Both the position numbers and the translations under genes were made by a program. From Neovahlkampfia damariscottae (lineage: Eukaryota): DNA of 64,000 bases. The stretch lies in NCBI GenBank assembly GCA_016618085.1, contig JABLTG010000001.1, positions 62,001 to 126,000 of the forward strand, read 5' to 3'. The notes beneath the pieces are model-generated. The model was not told where the DNA came from and made no database searches. It worked only from the letters and a program-made list of their open reading frames with translations. Below, in pieces: positions 19,880-34,300 of this stretch. The stretch's first letter is position 1, and every line of letters starts with the position of its first letter.

Positions 19880-20760
19880 CTAACAATTCCATCTTCTTGC
19901 AATAAAAAAATTAAATAAATTTGACAAGTGATCAATTTGTTCAATGTGACTATTGGCTGTATTTCCTTTGTATCCTTCAACATGAAATCCATTTTTTCTA
20001 CCTTCAGTTTGAGGCTGAATTACTCGTCCAAATCTATTTTTGAAGACATAATATTCATTCAATGAAGCTGAATTTCTTGAAACATTAACATTTTTCATGA
20101 TATAATTTGCAGCATCTGTTGAACTTGAATATGGAGGTACAATTGAAGAATGTGAAATAACCATTAATTTACCAGAAGAAACAGCCTTTTTAGCAAAATC
20201 AACAAATGGTTGATGTTGCACTGGATCAGGTTTTCCAGCAGGTCCATAATGAATTCCATCAATAATCACAACAGAATCCAAATCAATCCTTTGACTGTTT
20301 AAATGTTTTTGTATTGGTGCATATCCAGCGGAAAATGAACCCATTGCGATTCTACCTATCTTTACAAGACTCCCATATTCCTTTTTAATGAACAAATTTA
20401 TATTTTCTAAAGAGAGTTTAACAAAATTATCTCCTCCAAATTTTTTTAACATAGCTTGAGATAAACCTGGAGTATCACATACCAGAAATAATCCTTTGAT
20501 TCCAGACTCTTGAAATCTTTGTGGAACGACACCTCTATGGTATTTTTTTAATAATTTTTTTTTTACCTGAGCTGTATGACAACGTCAATGGTTGAATTGT
20601 TTTTCACTGGATTTTCTTCAGGCTGGTAAAATTTACACTCAGGGTATATTCTTGTTGTACTTTGTTTATATGTTACTTTTGGTTGTATTCCACATGATTT
20701 TGAGGTTGAAACTAAAAGAAAAGAAAAAATGAACCACAACAATGTCAGTACTTTACACAT
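19880..20760 (-). CDS. Secreted alpha/beta-hydrolase-like protein, 2 exons
   Basis: Signal peptide MCKVLTLLWFIFSFLLVSTS; nucleophile-elbow-like GSFSAGY, IIDGIH, C-terminal His (NSHIEQ). Confidence 0.65.
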
Positions 20761-20866
20761 GTTTTTTAACCAATGAAAAATTGTTAAAAAAAAGTTTTCA
20801 ACAGGAATTGAATCTGTGGAAATTGAGTTCATAACCAAAGTGCCAGGAGTAAAAATACCAAAAAAA

Positions 20867-20984
20867 GCTTACAACACTCCCGGTTCCCAGGTGGTCTCCC
20901 ACCCTAGTACTAGGAGAGCCTGTAGGAGCTTAACTTCGCAAATCGGACGGGATGCGGTGTATTCTCCTAAGTATGGCCGTAAGC
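20867..20984 (-). rRNA. 5S rRNA, dispersed copy 2
   Basis: Identical over 118 nt to 5421-5538; T-run terminator. Confidence 0.97.
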
Positions 20985-21055
20985 GAAAGAAAGAATGAAC
21001 AACACAAACTCATAACGGATTTTCTTTGAGAAAAAATGTTATTGAACTCTACAAT

Positions 21056-21904
21056 TCATTTCCAAAGTTTTACGCAATTATCTTGTCCTCCTGAGACCAC
21101 AACTGATTTTCCATTCTTCACTTTCACTAAATCTAAAGATCTGATGGGTTCTGAATGACCAATCAGACAATCCTCTTCATAGTACCCATGTAAGTTCCAT
21201 TTTCTGATCGTTTTATCAGCAGATGATGTAAAAATAGACTCATCATCTCTCAATATTCTACTTAATGACATTTTGTGACCTGATACAGTTGAAATAGATG
21301 ACTTAACTGTCAAATCAAAAATTTTCCAAGTTGAGTCTTTTGATGCAGTAAACATGAAATTTTCATAATTACAAATGGATAAAATTTCTCCTTTATGATC
21401 ATTTTTCTGATATATTTTCTTCAAATTTTCATCAAAACATGATAAACCATCTTGTGAAGCAGTGAATAAATTTTCATCGAGAATCAACATATCATTGACA
21501 GGATTTGAGTGTTCAAATGTCGAAATTTCTTTAAGTTTTTTTAAATCCCAATGTTTTATCGTCTTATCATAACTTCCAGAAAAAAAATTCGAATTGTTTT
21601 CTTTGTGTGAATTTGCAAAACATTTCACTTCTTGTTTGTGTGCTTTAAAAGTGTTCATAATTTTCATATTTTGGATAATTTGAATATAACCATCATGATA
21701 GCCTACTAATAAAAAATTTTCTTCTGGAAAGTATTTTAAGGAGTAAATACTTCCATAATCCTCTTTCATTTCCAATTTTGTTTCTTTTTGAGTTTTTAAA
21801 TCAATTTCATACAAATTCTTGCAACCAAAATATACTTTGAATTTATTTGAAGCAATTGTTCTGACTTTATCGTTTAAATTTTCATAGGTGTGAAAGCACT
21901 TCAT
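21056..21904 (-). CDS. WD40 repeat protein
   Basis: AH..V...FSGSYDKTIKHWD, GH..TSSADKTIRKWN, VSGGQDNCVKLW. Confidence 0.9.
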   Translation of the reverse strand: MKCFHTYENLNDKVRTIASNKFKVYFGCKNLYEIDLKTQKETKLEMKEDYGSIYSLKYFPEENFLLVGYHDGYIQIIQNMKIMNTFKAHKQEVKCFANSHKENNSNFFSGSYDKTIKHWDLKKLKEISTFEHSNPVNDMLILDENLFTASQDGLSCFDENLKKIYQKNDHKGEILSICNYENFMFTASKDSTWKIFDLTVKSSISTVSGHKMSLSRILRDDESIFTSSADKTIRKWNLHGYYEEDCLIGHSEPIRSLDLVKVKNGKSVVVSGGQDNCVKLWK

Positions 21905-21943
21905 AAATAAAACGTTTTTGATTGGATAAAATAAAAACACAAT

Positions 21944-24111
21944 TTATTCATTATTTTTTGGAACGAAATCCATATTTGGAACAAAAGGATCAAAACTTTC
22001 ATCATTAACTTGATTTGGGTTTGAATTGAAATTTTGTCCTTCAGAATAAATTTGAGGATTGTATTGATTTCCATTATTTGGTTGATTGAAATTTGGTTGA
22101 TTATAATTTGGTTGAACGAATTGTGGATTATAACTTGGTTGAACATATGGCTGTGGGTTTGGTGGTACATATGTTCCTTGGTTCTGTGATTCAGAATTGA
22201 CCAATTCCATTTCATATTGTTGTGCTCGTGACATTGGTTGAGTATTAGTTGTGGATGGTGCTTTGTAGTTTTGATGTTTTGATGGAAGTTTCTTTTTTTT
22301 TCCAAATCCAAACAAAGGTGCACCACAAATACAACAACAGACACAGAAACAAAGTCCCAATAATATTATTGGAAGAACACAAACAACAAAAAAACCGCCT
22401 CCAGTGATCCCAGCAAATATTCCAATCACTTCACCAATAGATGTTGTTCCAGCACAAGGAGTACAATAATTACATTTTCCACCTCTTAAAGTTGCCAAAT
22501 TATCTTTATCTAGTTCAAAATCTGCACAAACAGCACTTCTTGATTTCAATTCTGATCTAATCGCATTTTCATCATTGTGAATAGCTAATAAATCAGACAG
22601 AGGAGTATCAACTCCGGACACACCAAGTAATTTTCCATAAGTCGCAAAACATGGACTTGCCGAAGTTGCCATTGTGATATTCAATGAGAAATCTTGATAT
22701 AATTCACTCCAAACTGATTTTCTAGTTTGTTTGATATCATAGGCATAGTAATTATAATATTCCGCCATTTGAGATCTAAGATCACCTGAATCTTTGATTT
22801 GCTTCCATAAACCATTTGTAGCACAAGCAAGTTGAGTTGGAACTGTTTTATCAGCTTCAGAACCAAATGAATAAGAGAAAATATTTGCTTTGTAGTTAAT
22901 GTTTCTTGTATTGATTAAATCTAAAGGACTATTCAAAAACGATTAAAAAAAACGTTTAAAATCACTGTTTTCCATCTGTTTGAGCTCCGTCTGTCAAAAA
23001 TAAAATTGAATGATGACATTTTGGACCAATTGCAGCAGTTGCATCTAAAACATCAAAAGCAGTCGTAAAAGCAGCTTCAAAATTTGTACTTCCTGCAGGT
23101 ACTCTATTTCAAAAATTAAAAATGAATAATTAAGCTGACATGTTATTGACACATTGTTTCAATAAAATTCTATTGACAGCATTTGCTTCAACAAGTTTAC
23201 CATTTCCAGCTAAAACACAATCTTGAGCAGCAGTTGAAAACTGTTCACAAAAAAATTAAAAAAAAAAAGTAGCTGTTACAAAGATAATGCTAATGTAATC
23301 TGTATGTGATAAACCATCAATGATACTAATAGCAGCAGATTTAGCTGATTCTATACGTCCTAAATTTGACATAGAACCTGATATATCAAGAAGCAAAACT
23401 ACTTTTTTTGGACCTGAAGCAGCAGATACATACCAAGGTCTAAATCTTGCATCATAGTCTGGACATGTACCTGGTTGGTTACAGCCACTAGTTGAGTCAA
23501 GTCTGTATTTCCAACGATGAGCTGGCCAAAATAGAGCTCCTCCATGTTCACTTTTTTTTGAAGAGAATAAATATGAAAAAGTCAAAACCTTCCAATATAT
23601 TGCCATTTTACTTTATTATCAGCTGCATAATTTTGTGTAAAAACATTATTTATCTGAACTGTTGAGCAAAGAAATTCTTTCAACTCTTCATCATTTTTAT
23701 CAGATTTTGGAGAAAATATAACTGATGCTCTCAAAAGGTTAATTTTTGATGTTTGTTGGCTGCATGAACAATCAGAGTCAGCTTTTGATTTTTTTATTTG
23801 TTTTTTTTTTCAAACCTCCAAAACCAACACCGCACTGTAAGGAACCATCAGTTTCAAGATTGTCTGAACAACTATCAAGGTATTGACATGAACTTCCTGA
23901 ATTTGGATCATAAGCACCATGAAAAGCTTTCAAATTTGTACAAAGTTTCTTTTTTTACAAAATTAAGAAAAAAAAAAAAAAGAACCTCTGACAGAACTTC
24001 TTTGTTGTCAAGTAATGTTTTTAAAGCAGTTAAATCCGATTTAACACTCAAAAACAATACAATGAAAATAAATAACTTCGGCATCAAAAGACCACTTCTC
24101 TTCTTTAACAT
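21944..24111 (-). CDS. Type I membrane protein with VWA and Cache-like domains (alpha2-delta-like), multi-exon, Pro/Gln/Asn-rich tail
   Basis: YDARFRPWY..GPKKVVLLLDISGSM (MIDAS), ILFLTDG, WSELYQD, GVSGVD, TM followed by a Cys cluster. Confidence 0.82.
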
Positions 24112-24254
24112 TAGTTGAAAAGTTCTATTTGACCAATGAATCACAAGAAATCAAGCGATGCTTTTAAAAATAGAATTTAGAAAAATAATATATTAAAAAA
24201 GAGAAAAAATTTGATACAAGAATTCAATCCGTTGTCCAATCATTTTAATTTAAA

Positions 24255-25230
24255 ATGTTTGAAGAGAAAATTGAAAAGGAAGACGATCAATTAGAAATTA
24301 CAGAAATCAAAAATATAAATACAGATGAAATTGACAAAGAAATTGTTGAAGCTGCAAAAATTTTAAAAGAAGCAAAACGAATTGTATTATTCACAGGCGC
24401 TGGAATGTCAGCAGAATCTGGAATTGATACTTTCCGTGGCTCTGGTGGGTTTTGGTCTGGAATCACAGGTTTTCCAAAAAAAAATTTAATTTCTAAATTT
24501 TTAGGTTACATCGCTCTTGGTTTTTTTGGAACTCCTGTTGGTTGGAATACCTTATCAAGACTTAGTTGGAATTTATATGTTTCTAATTTTTATAATCCTA
24601 TTGCTCAAGCAAAACCAAATGACGGACATGAAGCAATTGCAGAAATGGAGAAAATTCATAAAAACGTCACAGTAATAACCCAAAACGTTGACGGACTTCA
24701 CCAAAGTAACTTTTATTTTTTTTAAATTTTTTCAAAGGAGCAGGATCCTCAGTTGTTTATGAAGTAAATTTTTTTCATTTCTTATTTTCAAGCTTCATGG
24801 AACAGTTCAAAGACATAGATGTATTAATAATGGACATATTTATCAATTTGATAAAGATGAAGAAATACCAAGTTCAAGTCCTTGTTGTAAAGAATGTGGC
24901 AGTTACTTGCGTCCTGATTGTACTTTGTTTACAGAGTCATTACCTCCTGATTTTTCTGATGCTCATCGACTTGTGAGTACAATGAATAAAAAAGATGTGA
25001 TGATTATTGTAGGTACAAGTGCTACAGTTTATCCAGCTGCTAGTCTTCCAGAAATAGCTTCAAAAAGAGGAGCAAAAATTTTTGAGGTGAATTTGGAGCA
25101 AACTAATTTCAACGAATTATCAAATTATTCATTTTTAAAAGGTAATTAGAGTAAAACATTAATAAATTTAGGTGGTGCTGCTAAAGTGTTGCCTCAGTTA
25201 TTGAAAGCGTTAAAATCTTTGAACCAATAA
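24255..25230 (+). CDS. Sirtuin (CobB/SIRT5-like NAD-dependent deacylase), multi-exon
   Basis: GAGMSAESGIDTFRG, TQNVDGLH, LHG, CKEC..LRP, VGTSATVYPAA. Confidence 0.92.
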
Positions 25231-25343
25231 ATTGTCTTCTTACATCTTTTATTGAAAGTTTTTAATAAATGATTGGTCTATTCTGATTGAGAAAATAAAC
25301 ACTATTTGATTGGTTACTCAGAAAAAGAAGAAAACAAACACGA

Positions 25344-28300
25344 ATGACCATGAGGAAACTTATTTTAATGGTAGTTATCTTCAGTGTTTTAAGTACAGTT
25401 TTTGCAACCGAAAATTGTTCACTTAAAAGTTATTTTTGTTCTAACAAACAAAAATGGGCTCAAAGAAAAGAATGTTGTGATTCAACAATAGGAAATTGTC
25501 GTTGGGTAGGTCCTGTTCAACATACAAATGATGAAACTGTGACATCATGTTCAGAAGCTAAAATCAATGGTACATGCGTTAGAACTCAATGTTGTACTAA
25601 ATCAACAACCAACACTTTGGAAGAAGATTGTAAGTGGAAAGGAGACATGAAATGTTCTTCAGGAACTGTTTTGGAACTATTTGAAACAGAAAATCAAGAT
25701 GAAAACCATGTTTTAGATTTTATAAAAAAACCTGAAGTTTCCTTAAAAAAACTTAAAATCATCACCAAAATATCACCAAAAAAAAATAAAACATGGAAAG
25801 GAGTTGATACCAAATGTTCAATTGCTTCATTTTATGATTCAAAAGAAAAGAATTGGTGTACACAAAAAAGATGCTGTAAACAATCACAAAGCTTGAAACC
25901 TGTCATTTTTTCATGTCATTTTACAGGATTAAAAAAATGTTCAAGATTCAAAAAAATGACAAAAAAAAAATGTTCAATTGTCCAGTTAAAAAACTTTTGT
26001 TCAAGAAAGAAATGTTGTTATACGTCAAACAAAAAAACATTTTGTCAATGGGTCGGTGATCGTTTTTGTAAAGCTTTTAGAGTCAAAAAATGCTTCAATC
26101 AAATTTCTAAAGGAAATTGTTACACAAGAAAATGTTGTTCATATATGAAGAAAGGAAATCAATCAAGAAAGATAAAATGTCATGTAATTTTCAAAAGATG
26201 CAAAGAATCATTTTATACAAGATGTCAGTTCAAAAAGGTTGATAAAAAATGTCGTCAAAAGGAATGTTGTCAATATGGAAAAAAGAATAACACAAAGAGA
26301 TTATTATCTTGTTATAAAGTTGGTGTGGTTAAATGTGACCCTACAAGTTTTTCAAAATGCTTTAATGTTCGAACAAGAATTGGTGTAAAACATACCTATT
26401 GCCAAAAAAGAAGATGTTGTACTTTCACTAAAAAAGGACCATTTAAAAAGAAAACAAGATGTTCTGACGGAAAAGAAATTTGTAAAAGAGTCATTTTCAA
26501 AAGATGTTCTTTTGTTGTTTTAAAACCAGGATGTTCAAGAAGAAAATGTTGTAATGTCACAACAAGAGGAAAAATTGAAAAAGAATTTGGATGTAAATTC
26601 ACTGGTGCTCTTCAATGTCCTACTAATCCAAAAGAAATTTGCAACATGAAAAAAACATCAAGATCTTGTCAAAGAAAAAGATGTTGCAGAATTGGAGAAC
26701 ACAATGGAAAACCAACAACACTTTCATGTCAATGGAAAGGGTCAAACATTTGCAAACCAACTTTTGTTACCAAGTGTAAAATGGCTTATAAAAAAAGATA
26801 CAAAAGTTCTTTCTGTCAAAAGAAGAAGTGTTGCACATTCAAGCTTAACAATGGAAAAAAAACAAAAATTTCATGCAAATGGACTGGAAAAGAAAACTGT
26901 TCTACATCACATTTTAACAAATGCTCTTTTATAAAAGAAGGTGCTTGTAAAAGAAGACAATGCTGTTTATATGAAAGATATGGACCAAGATTACTTAAAA
27001 AGAAATGCTTTAAAGTTGGAAAACTTCAATGTAAGAAATCCAAGCCACTTCTTCTTTGTAGAATTGAAGGTACAAAAGATAAATGTAAAAGAATTCGTTG
27101 TTGTGAATATTTAAAAGGAGGAAGATCAGCAACTAAAATTAGATGCTTCTGGAAAGGAAAATCAAAATGTCCAAAGAAATATTTTACAAAAACAGTTGTT
27201 ATTCCAACTACACCTTTATGCACCAAAATTCAACTTTGCAAATATGTTAGAGAAGGAAAAAGAGTTAAGTTAGTTTTCTGCACTACACATAAACCTGAAA
27301 CATGTCGTAAACCTGCACAAAAGAAATGCTCATTTGTTCAAATTTCGTCATCTTGTAAAAGAAGACGTTGTTGTCTCACAAGAGGTTCAAAAAAGTTCAA
27401 CTGTCAATTTTCAGGAGAAAAAATTTGCAAAAGATTAGTAAAGAAAAGATGTCGTTATGTCAACTCAAGACCTACAAATTCACATGCTCGTTGTGAAATT
27501 AAAAAATGTTGTACTTATGTTGGACAAAGAGGTTCTTTTAAAAAAGTATCATGTGAAACAGTTGGTCAAGAACAATGTAAAGTGCGTTATGTACAACTTT
27601 GTAAAAACGTTGAAACAAAGAACAACTGCTCAAGAAGACAATGCTGCAAGTATGGAATCACAGGAGACTTGAAAAAGCTATATATTTGTAAGTACGTCAC
27701 AAAAGAAAGATGTTTCAAAAATGTTCAAAATATTTGTAAAGTCATTCCAACTAGAACTTCATGTACACGTAAAAAATGCTGTAAAATTGGAAAGACAGAA
27801 CGTTTCTCACATAAAATTAAATGTGACTGGACAGAACCTGAAATTTGTAAAGAAGTTACAAAAACAAGATGTACAATGTCTTTAACACGTGCTTTTGGAT
27901 CATCAATTTGCAAAAAAAGAAAATGTTGTCAATATGGAATTTTAAAAGGCGATAAAAGAAGAATTTCTTGTAAATTTGAAGGTGATGAAAAATGTAGTAC
28001 CATCAATTTCAAGAAATGTGCATATGTTACAACTTCAAAAGGATGTCGAATCAACAAATGTTGTATTTTCAAAAGAAATGGTTCAAAAGTTAAAAGACTC
28101 TTTTGTAATTATATTGGAAAAGAAAAATGCAAAACAGTTTTCAAGACTAAATGTAATTACAGAATCACAAGTAAATTTGGAGATTCTATTTGTAGAACAA
28201 AACATTGTTGTTTGTACTCTGTTAAAAATGGTGTTATGAAAAAAGTAAAATGCTCTTTTACTTCAGGATCAAAATACTGCTCAACAGCTTATTCAAGAAA

Positions 28301-31300
28301 ATGCTTTAACATAAAAAAACCACATAACTGTTCTCAAAAACGTTGTTGTACTTATAAAGTCACTGGAAAAAAACAACAAAAAGTAAAATGTCAAAATGTT
28401 GGTTTGAAAAAATGTTCAAAAGTTTATTTTACAAGATGTTCATTTAAAAGAGTTTTTCATGGTAAAGTTGCTTGTAAGAAAAAAAGATGTTGCAAATATG
28501 TTAAAGTAGGAACTTTTAAAAAACAAATTTACTGCAACTGGAGCAACAAGAGAATTTGTAAACAAGTCAAATATACAAGATGTAGACCTCAACAAATACA
28601 TTCAAAATGTACTCAAACAAGATGTACTCAATATGGAAGAGTTGGATCCAAAAGAAAAGTTTATAAATCATATCTTCAAGGTTCAGTTCGTTGTGCTTCA
28701 AGAGTTTTATCAAAATGTACCTATGTTAGAACTGGAAAAGGTTGTAAACGTAAAAGATGTTGTAAAATGGGTCTTTATAAAACAACTTGGATTAAATTAC
28801 AATGTTCATGGGCAGGTGCACAAAAATGTTCAGAATACAACTATGAAAAATGTAAACTTGTCAAATCTAGTCAATACTGTAAAAGACAAAGATGTATTAC
28901 ATATGGAGTTCAAGGACATTATCGTAGAGTTATTTTCAGAAGATGGAAAGGAAAAGAAACTTGTAAAAAAGTTACCTTTACAAAATGTTCAACCCGTAGA
29001 TTTTCAAGTGGTTGTCAAAGAGTTAAATGTTGTTCATTTGAAAAAGTTGGTAAAACAATAAAAAAAATTGCTTGCAAATGGGAAACTAAAAAACTTTGTG
29101 ATGATATTGAAGTTGTAAAATGTAAATACATCAAAGACAAATCAGGATGTCTTAGAAAACAATGTTGCAGAAAAACCAAAGGAAAAGCAATTGACAAACA
29201 ACATTGTAAATTTGTAGGAAAAAGAAAATGTCTTAGAAAATACACTGTTAAATGTTCAATGAAAAAACTCAATAACTATTGTCAAAGAAAAAGATGTTGT
29301 ACTTTGAAAGAAGTGGCTGAAAGACAAAGAGTTATTAAGTGTTATTGGAGTCAAGATTCACCAAAATGTTCACTCAAGAAATATACAAAATGTTTCAAAA
29401 AGAGAACACAAGATGATAAACCTCACTTCAATTGTAGTAGAACAAAATGTTGTACTTATGAAGTCAATGGAACAGGAAAATCAAAAGTTACTTGTAAATG
29501 GGCTGATTCTGAAATTTGTAAAAGAGTTACTTATGAAACATGTTCAAATGTTGCTATATCTTCACACTGTCTCAAGAGAAGATGTTGTAAATTCATTAGA
29601 ACTGGATCAATTTCAAGAAGAGTTTCATGTTATTTTCCAAAGAAATCCAAATTGATTTGCACTAAAAAAGTCTTTGAAAATTGTCAAAACAAATATTTAA
29701 GTCCAACTTGTCATAGAAAACAATGTTGTAAATTTGCAAATGTTGGCGGTGTTGTTTCACCATTCAATTGCAAATGGGCTTCCAAAAGAATTTGTAAAAA
29801 AGTTCAATTTCAAAGATGTTCCTTCAGATCTACAAAACCAAATTGTTGGAGAAGACAATGTTGCAAATATGAAAAATTTGGATCATCAACAAAAAAATTA
29901 AGTTGTTCATTCACTGATGTTGAAAAATGTCAAAAACACAACTTTACACGTTGTAAAATTGCTAGAATCAACAAGAACTGTCAAAGAGTTAAATGTTGTC
30001 GATTTTCTAAAGTTGGTGATAAACTTTCAATGGGAGCTTGCAAATACACATCAAGAAAATTCTGTGTACCTGTTAAATTTCAAAGATGTAAAACTGTGAA
30101 AGTTAACAGAGGTTGCACAAGACAACGTTGTTGTAAATTTATCCAATTCAATAAATCAACTAAAAAACTGTATTGTCAATTAACAGGGACAACAACTTGT
30201 AAACCTTACAAATTCCATCGTTGTAAAACAGTTTATAATGGACACTGCAAATCAAAAGTTTGCTGTACGTTCCAAAAAGACGGTAAAAAAGTTCAAAAAC
30301 TTGCTTGTAAACAAAATGGTGATAAAATTTGTAAAAGTGAAGTTATTTCAAAATGCTTCAATTCAACAACTCACAAAGACTGCAAAAGAAGAAAATGTTG
30401 CAAATATAAAAAGATTGGAGATGTTTCAAAAAAATTATTTTGTAGATGGGTCAAACCACAACAATGCAAATTGAAAGTTGTTAAAGAATGTCATTATTCA
30501 AAAACTAGACCAAATTGTTATCGTAAGAAATGTTGTCTTGCGACATACAACGGATCCAGAAAATCTCTAAAAAATTGTTCTTATTCAGGAAAAGACTTTT
30601 GTAGTCCAGTTATCAATGTTTCATGCAAACGTGAATCAAAAGACTCTTGCACTTCATATAAATGTTGCAAATACTTTAAAGATAGTCAAGGTAAAAAACA
30701 TGTGATGAAATGTCATGTGAAATCAAAGAAATGCACTTTCAAAAGATGTTCAATGAAAAGAAACAAATGTGGATGTAAACAAAACCGTTGTTGTAAATTT
30801 GTTGATGTCAATGGAAAAATTAAAGTAAAATCTTGCAAATGGACTGGGTTTCAAAGATGTAAACCATTCACTTATTCGAAAATCAAAAGTGTTAAACTTG
30901 ATAAAACAAATTACCGTCTTTCTCGTTGTACTTATCTTAGAACTGGATGTGATACAAGAATGATCAATTGTGCTTGGATTAATGAAAATACAGTGAAAGA
31001 TACATTCAAAACAAGATGTTTCATGGTTAAGTTAAGAAATGGATGTCAAAGAAGAAAATGTACAACTTACAGAATCTCTGATGATAAAATTTCAAAGAAA
31101 ATCAAATCAAAATATGTTGGACAAACCTATTGTCCATTTATCTTTGTCAAGAAATGTAAACGAGTTTTCTCAAATGATAACTGCTCAAAACTTCATTGTT
31201 GTAATTATTTGAAACGTGGTTCTTCAATGAAAAAGATTGAATGTCACATTGCATCACCAAAATCATGTGGGGTTTCAAAATACACAAAATGTAGAAGAGT

Positions 31301-34300
31301 ACAAGTGTACAAACCATATAATCCAAGATCAAAATGTCAAAGAACAAGATGTTGTAAATACATCAAATCTGAAGGCATTTCTCATCAAATTCGTTGTTAT
31401 AACTCTGGAAATGAAGAATGTAAAAAAATTACATTCACAAGATGTGAATTAAGGATCACAAAGAAAGGTTCAAAATTAACATCATGTTATAAAAAAAGAT
31501 GTTGTAGATATGAAAACAATGGAAAGGTTGTCAGAAGACTCTCATGTAAATTTGTTGGATCTGAACAATGTTGTGCTAAAATTTCCAACAAATGTTACAA
31601 TAAGAGGATTTCATCAACTTGCACTCGAAGGAAATGTTGTGTTTTTGGAACAGTTGCAGGCAAAACAAAGAGATTGATTTGTAAATGGGACGGAAAACCA
31701 CAATGCAAAACTGTTACAATTCATAGATGCACAAAAGTACGTGAATCAATCTTTGCTGGATGTTACAGAAAGAAATGTTGTACTATCAAAATTACAGGAA
31801 GAGTTAGAACAAAAAAATGTAAATTTGTTGGAAAGAAACAATGTAAAACTCAATACTTCAAAAAATGTAAAATCATCAAACCTTCAAAAGGATGTAAACA
31901 ATTGAAATGTTGTCGTTACATGTATGATGGTCAACAATCTCCTCTTGGTTGTAACTTTTATAAAAAAGTTTGTAAAGGAAAGAAAACAGTAAAATGTAGA
32001 ACTGTTCCTTTGAAAAACAATTGCACTCAAAAAAGATGTTGTGTTTATTTAACACAAAATGGAATTAGAAGAATGATTAAATGTAAAAACTCAAAAAAAG
32101 TTTGCAAGAAACAAACCATAGTAAAATGTCATCGTGTTAAAACCAATGAAAATTGCACAAGAAAAGTTTGTTGTAGTTTTGATCGTCTTGACAATGTGAT
32201 AACAAAATTGAAATGTATGTTTGCTGATAAAGAAAAATGTAAAATAAGAACACATACACAATGCTCTTATAAAAAATTACTTTATGGATGCAAACAAAAA
32301 GTTTGTTGCAAATACAAAATCAAAGGATCTGTTGTTGTTCGTAAAACATGTGAACCAGTTGGAAAACAAATATGCTCATGTTCAATGAAAAGAAAATGTT
32401 CACCAATCAAAATCAATGAAGATTGTTCAAGAAGAAAATGTTGTGATGTTAAGACTTGTGGAAATAAGAAACGTTATTCAAACTGTAGAGTTTCAAAATC
32501 TATGAAATGTTCTTACAAAAAAGTCACAAAATGTTACATGAAAACAACTTATAGATACAGAGGGAGATCATTATGTAAAAGAAAAAAATGTTGTGTTTAT
32601 GGAGTTGGTAAAACAAAATCATTCAAAATTTCATGTAAATGGGATGGAAGTGAAAAATGTTCAACTGTCAAATTCAAAAAATGTATTAGAATTCCAATTA
32701 AAAGTTCATGTACAAAAATCAAATGTTGTTCGTACAAAAGAACAGGAAGAGTTGTTAAAAGAGTTTCATGCTCTACCAAAACTAAATGTCCAATGATATC
32801 ATATAAAAAATGTAAAGTACTTACAACATCAAAGAATTGTAAAAGACATTATTGTTGTACATACAAAAGTGATGGAACAAAATTTGTTAAATTACAAAAA
32901 ACTTGTGGATGGTTTGGACATGAAAGATGTAAACCAACTTTCAAAACAAAATGTTCAATCATCAAAACAAGATCACATTGTACACAAAAAAGATGTTGTG
33001 TTTATAAAACATTGAAAGGATTAACAAGAAGAATCAGATGCAAATTAATTGGAAAAGAAAAATGTTGTCAAGTCACACAAGAAAGATGTCAAGTTGTCAA
33101 AACTAGAAATGGATGTAAAAGAGAAAGATGTTGCATTTTTGGTGTCAGAGGTGATTCACAAAGAAAATTGAAATGTTACTTTAATGGAATTGAAATGTGT
33201 ACTGAAAGATATGAAACAAAATGTAACAAAGTACAAATTTTCAAACATATTCCTCATTCAAATTGTCATGCAACAAAATGTTGTAAATTTGGTATTAAGG
33301 GTAACTTTAGAAGACAAATTTCATGCAAAATTGTTCGTGATAAGAAATGTAATTCAGATTCATGTAGATGCAAACCTGTCAAATATCAAGTTTGTAAAGC
33401 TGAAAAATATGAACATAGAAAAATCTCCGGAAAACATTGTATTCGTCAAAAATGTTGTTCTTATACAAAAATTGGATTCAAATTAATCAAAGGTGCTTGT
33501 AAGTTCATTTCAAAACCTGTTTGTACTTGGATGGTTCGAAAGAAATGTTCAATGGAAAAATTATCAAATTCATGTGAAAGAAAAAAATGTTGTTATTTTG
33601 GATTTTCAAATTTCAGAAAAATTGGTTGTTCTTATAAAGGAGCTCAAATTTGCGGTTCATACATGAAAACAAAATGTAGAATGATTTCAACAAATCAAAA
33701 CTGTCAAAGAAAGAAATGTTGTCAATACATTTATTCAGATGGAATTAGAAAGAAGATCAAATGTAGATTTATTTCACAATCAATTTGTAAACCACAATCA
33801 TTCACTGTTTGTAAAATGGATAGCAAACAAAAATCAAGAAAATGTTGTCAATATGTTAAGAATCATAAACAAATTAGTCTTGAGAAATGTAAATACATAT
33901 CAAAAAATGAATGTAAAGATACATGGGTTACTAAATGTTCAACAATTAAAACTGGAAGAGAATGTACACAACAAAAATGTTGTAAAGTTTCAGTTCGAAC
34001 AGGAAGAAGAAAAAACTGTAAAAGAGTTGGACAACCAAAATGCACCACTAAAAAGATTGTTACTTGTAAATGGAGACCATATAAATGGAAGAATTGTCAA
34101 AGAAAACAATGCACAACATTTTTATTATCTAAAGGTCAATTGTCTATTTTGACTGTTGAATGGAAAGGTAAAAAAGTTTGTAAGCCATACATTATTAAAA
34201 AATGTTCAATCAAACAAATGAACAAATATTGCACAAACAAATATTGTTGCAAGTTTGAGAGACTTGGAGATAAGATTAGAAAGATTGGTTGTAAATGGGG

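Noticed and set aside
20816..20998. 60-aa ORF on + strand
   Set aside because: It is the antisense of the 5S rRNA gene.
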